Part shown: positions 62,959 through 64,000 of the stretch, piece after piece | Numbering within the stretch: position 1 is the stretch's first letter | Layout: each line of letters opens with the position of its first letter | From: Camelus dromedarius | Lineage: Eukaryota | Reading direction: 5' to 3' | DNA: 64,000 bases | Assembly: GCF_036321535.1 (NCBI RefSeq) | Contig: NC_087436.1 | Span: forward strand, 59,708,001 to 59,772,000 | The notes under the pieces: generated by a model | Databases searched by the model: none | Told to the model about the DNA's origin: nothing | The model's input: only the letters and a program-made list of their open reading frames with translations | Translations under genes and position numbers: made by a program

Positions 62959-63492
62959 TATTAATTGGATGAAAACCAACCAGGACCAGATTAAATTTAT
63001 GATCATTCAAAGGAGGTGCCAGCTAAAAATTGTCACTTTGCCTCTACAAGATTAAGTCACCAGCCCCTGCAGTTGCTGACCTCCTACATGCCCTGAAAGG
63101 AATTCAGGGTGGAGATCAGGAGTGAGGTACTCTGTGTTCTGGGAAAACTGGCAGAACAGGCCTTCACATAGATAGCTTCAGGAGAAGATTTTACGAGCCC
63201 AAATTCTTGCATCTTGTCATATCTAGAAAAGCACTAAAATTATTAACAAAGACATCTGCTTCTCATGACTAACATCAACTTTCTCATGACAAGCAGCAAC
63301 CTTCTGCGAAAATGTGTGCTTGACTGCACATACCCTCCTTGACCAAAACCACACATATACTGAGTCCCGCCCCCTGCACCTTTTCAGAGCAGTTTCTCAG
63401 AGCTATCTGGGAGGTTGTCTCCCGGGCTCATTTTTCTCAAAATAAAACATGACTCACAACTCTCATGTTGTGGGTTTTTTTTTCAGTCAATA
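62959..63492 (+). mobile_element. ERV1-type solo LTR related to 2603-3072
   Basis: Shared blocks: gagcccaaat.cttgc; agaaaagcactaaa; gagcagt..ctcagagc.atctg.gagg.tgtc; aataaaacat.actc; ends ttcagtcaata. Confidence 0.8.
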
Positions 63493-63674
63493 GAGGTTTT
63501 GTTTAGATAATTCAGTATCAGAGCACATTGTCATGATTTTTATTAACATAAACAATGATAATAAATCCTTATCCCTGAATAACATATGTACATACACGTG
63601 TATATAATTAGGTACATGTGTGTGTCATAGACATAGAAATGTGTTAAAATAAAACATGCTATGAAATAACCATA

Positions 63675-64000
63675 CCTTTCCTATTTAACAAATATTTATC
63701 AAATAGGCATTCTGTGCCAGTCATCGCTGCATGAGCTGGGGAAACGTTGGTGAATAAGTCCCTGCCTGTGCGGACCTTCTATTCCACTGAGCAAAACTAC
63801 TTTTAAATACAATACAATTTCATGCCAGATGACAAAGGTTTTGTACTTTGAAAAATAGTAAGTGCTATGAAGTAAAATAAATCGGAAAAAGAGCTGGAAT
63901 ATGACAGCTATTTTAGACAAAGCAGTCGGGGAAGGCTCTTCTGATGAGCCAACATAGGTATAGATTCCTAAATGCTGTGATGGAATGAGACATATGGTAA
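63675..64000 (-). mobile_element. L2 3' end
   Basis: atttaacaaatatttatcaaataggcattctgtgccag...aagtccctgcc...gtcggggaaggctcttctgatgag. Confidence 0.7.

Larger units (their letters stand above)
1..64000 (-). other. CCSER1: Window lies within two very long introns of CCSER1 (>20 kb downstream and >43 kb upstream of the single exon)
   Basis: Only one convincing exon in 64 kb of AT-rich, repeat-dense DNA. CCSER1 is known as a giant gene with very large introns. Confidence 0.8.

Noticed and set aside
2603..63492. Related LTRs at 2603 and 62959 as the two ends of one provirus
   Set aside because: They are 60 kb apart and clearly diverged, the first has its own TSD, and no gag/pol/env lies between them.
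793..63920. The 60-127 aa ORFs of the supplied track as protein-coding genes
   Set aside because: Short, low-complexity (F/L/I/K-rich), often starting at TTG/GTG, mostly inside repeats. This is expected by chance in AT-rich mammalian DNA, and none resembles a cellular protein.

Overview
AT-rich mammalian genomic DNA, not prokaryotic: no operons, rRNA or CRISPR. It is most likely camelid, inferred from two tRNA-Ala-derived SINEs of the camelid type and cetartiodactyl-type L1 3' ends. The window lies within the very large introns of a minus-strand gene. The only well-supported coding sequence is an 84-nt phase-0 exon at 20323-20406 (DIMKDECSLLKLQLKEKDELISQLQEEL), which I recognise from memory as the coiled-coil exon of CCSER1 (FAM190A); the ORF track misses it. 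The rest is a transposable-element mosaic: a ~5 kb decayed L1, short L1 3' ends, L2/MIR relics, many MaLR/ERVL/ERV1 solo LTRs (several with readable target-site duplications), Tigger-type DNA elements and SINEs. The top lead is an ancient LTR16-like element ~2.3 kb upstream of the exon in the gene's orientation. It is anomalously CpG-rich and has CCAAT/GC boxes and a CAG|GTAGGA donor, suggesting an exapted internal promoter for an N-truncated CCSER1 starting at the exon's own ATG. Other leads are an 11-nt candidate poison microexon, a young sense-oriented CpG-rich LTR with a hairpin, and a possible alternative terminal exon. Repeat family names come from pattern recall, not a database search; boundaries without TSDs are approximate.
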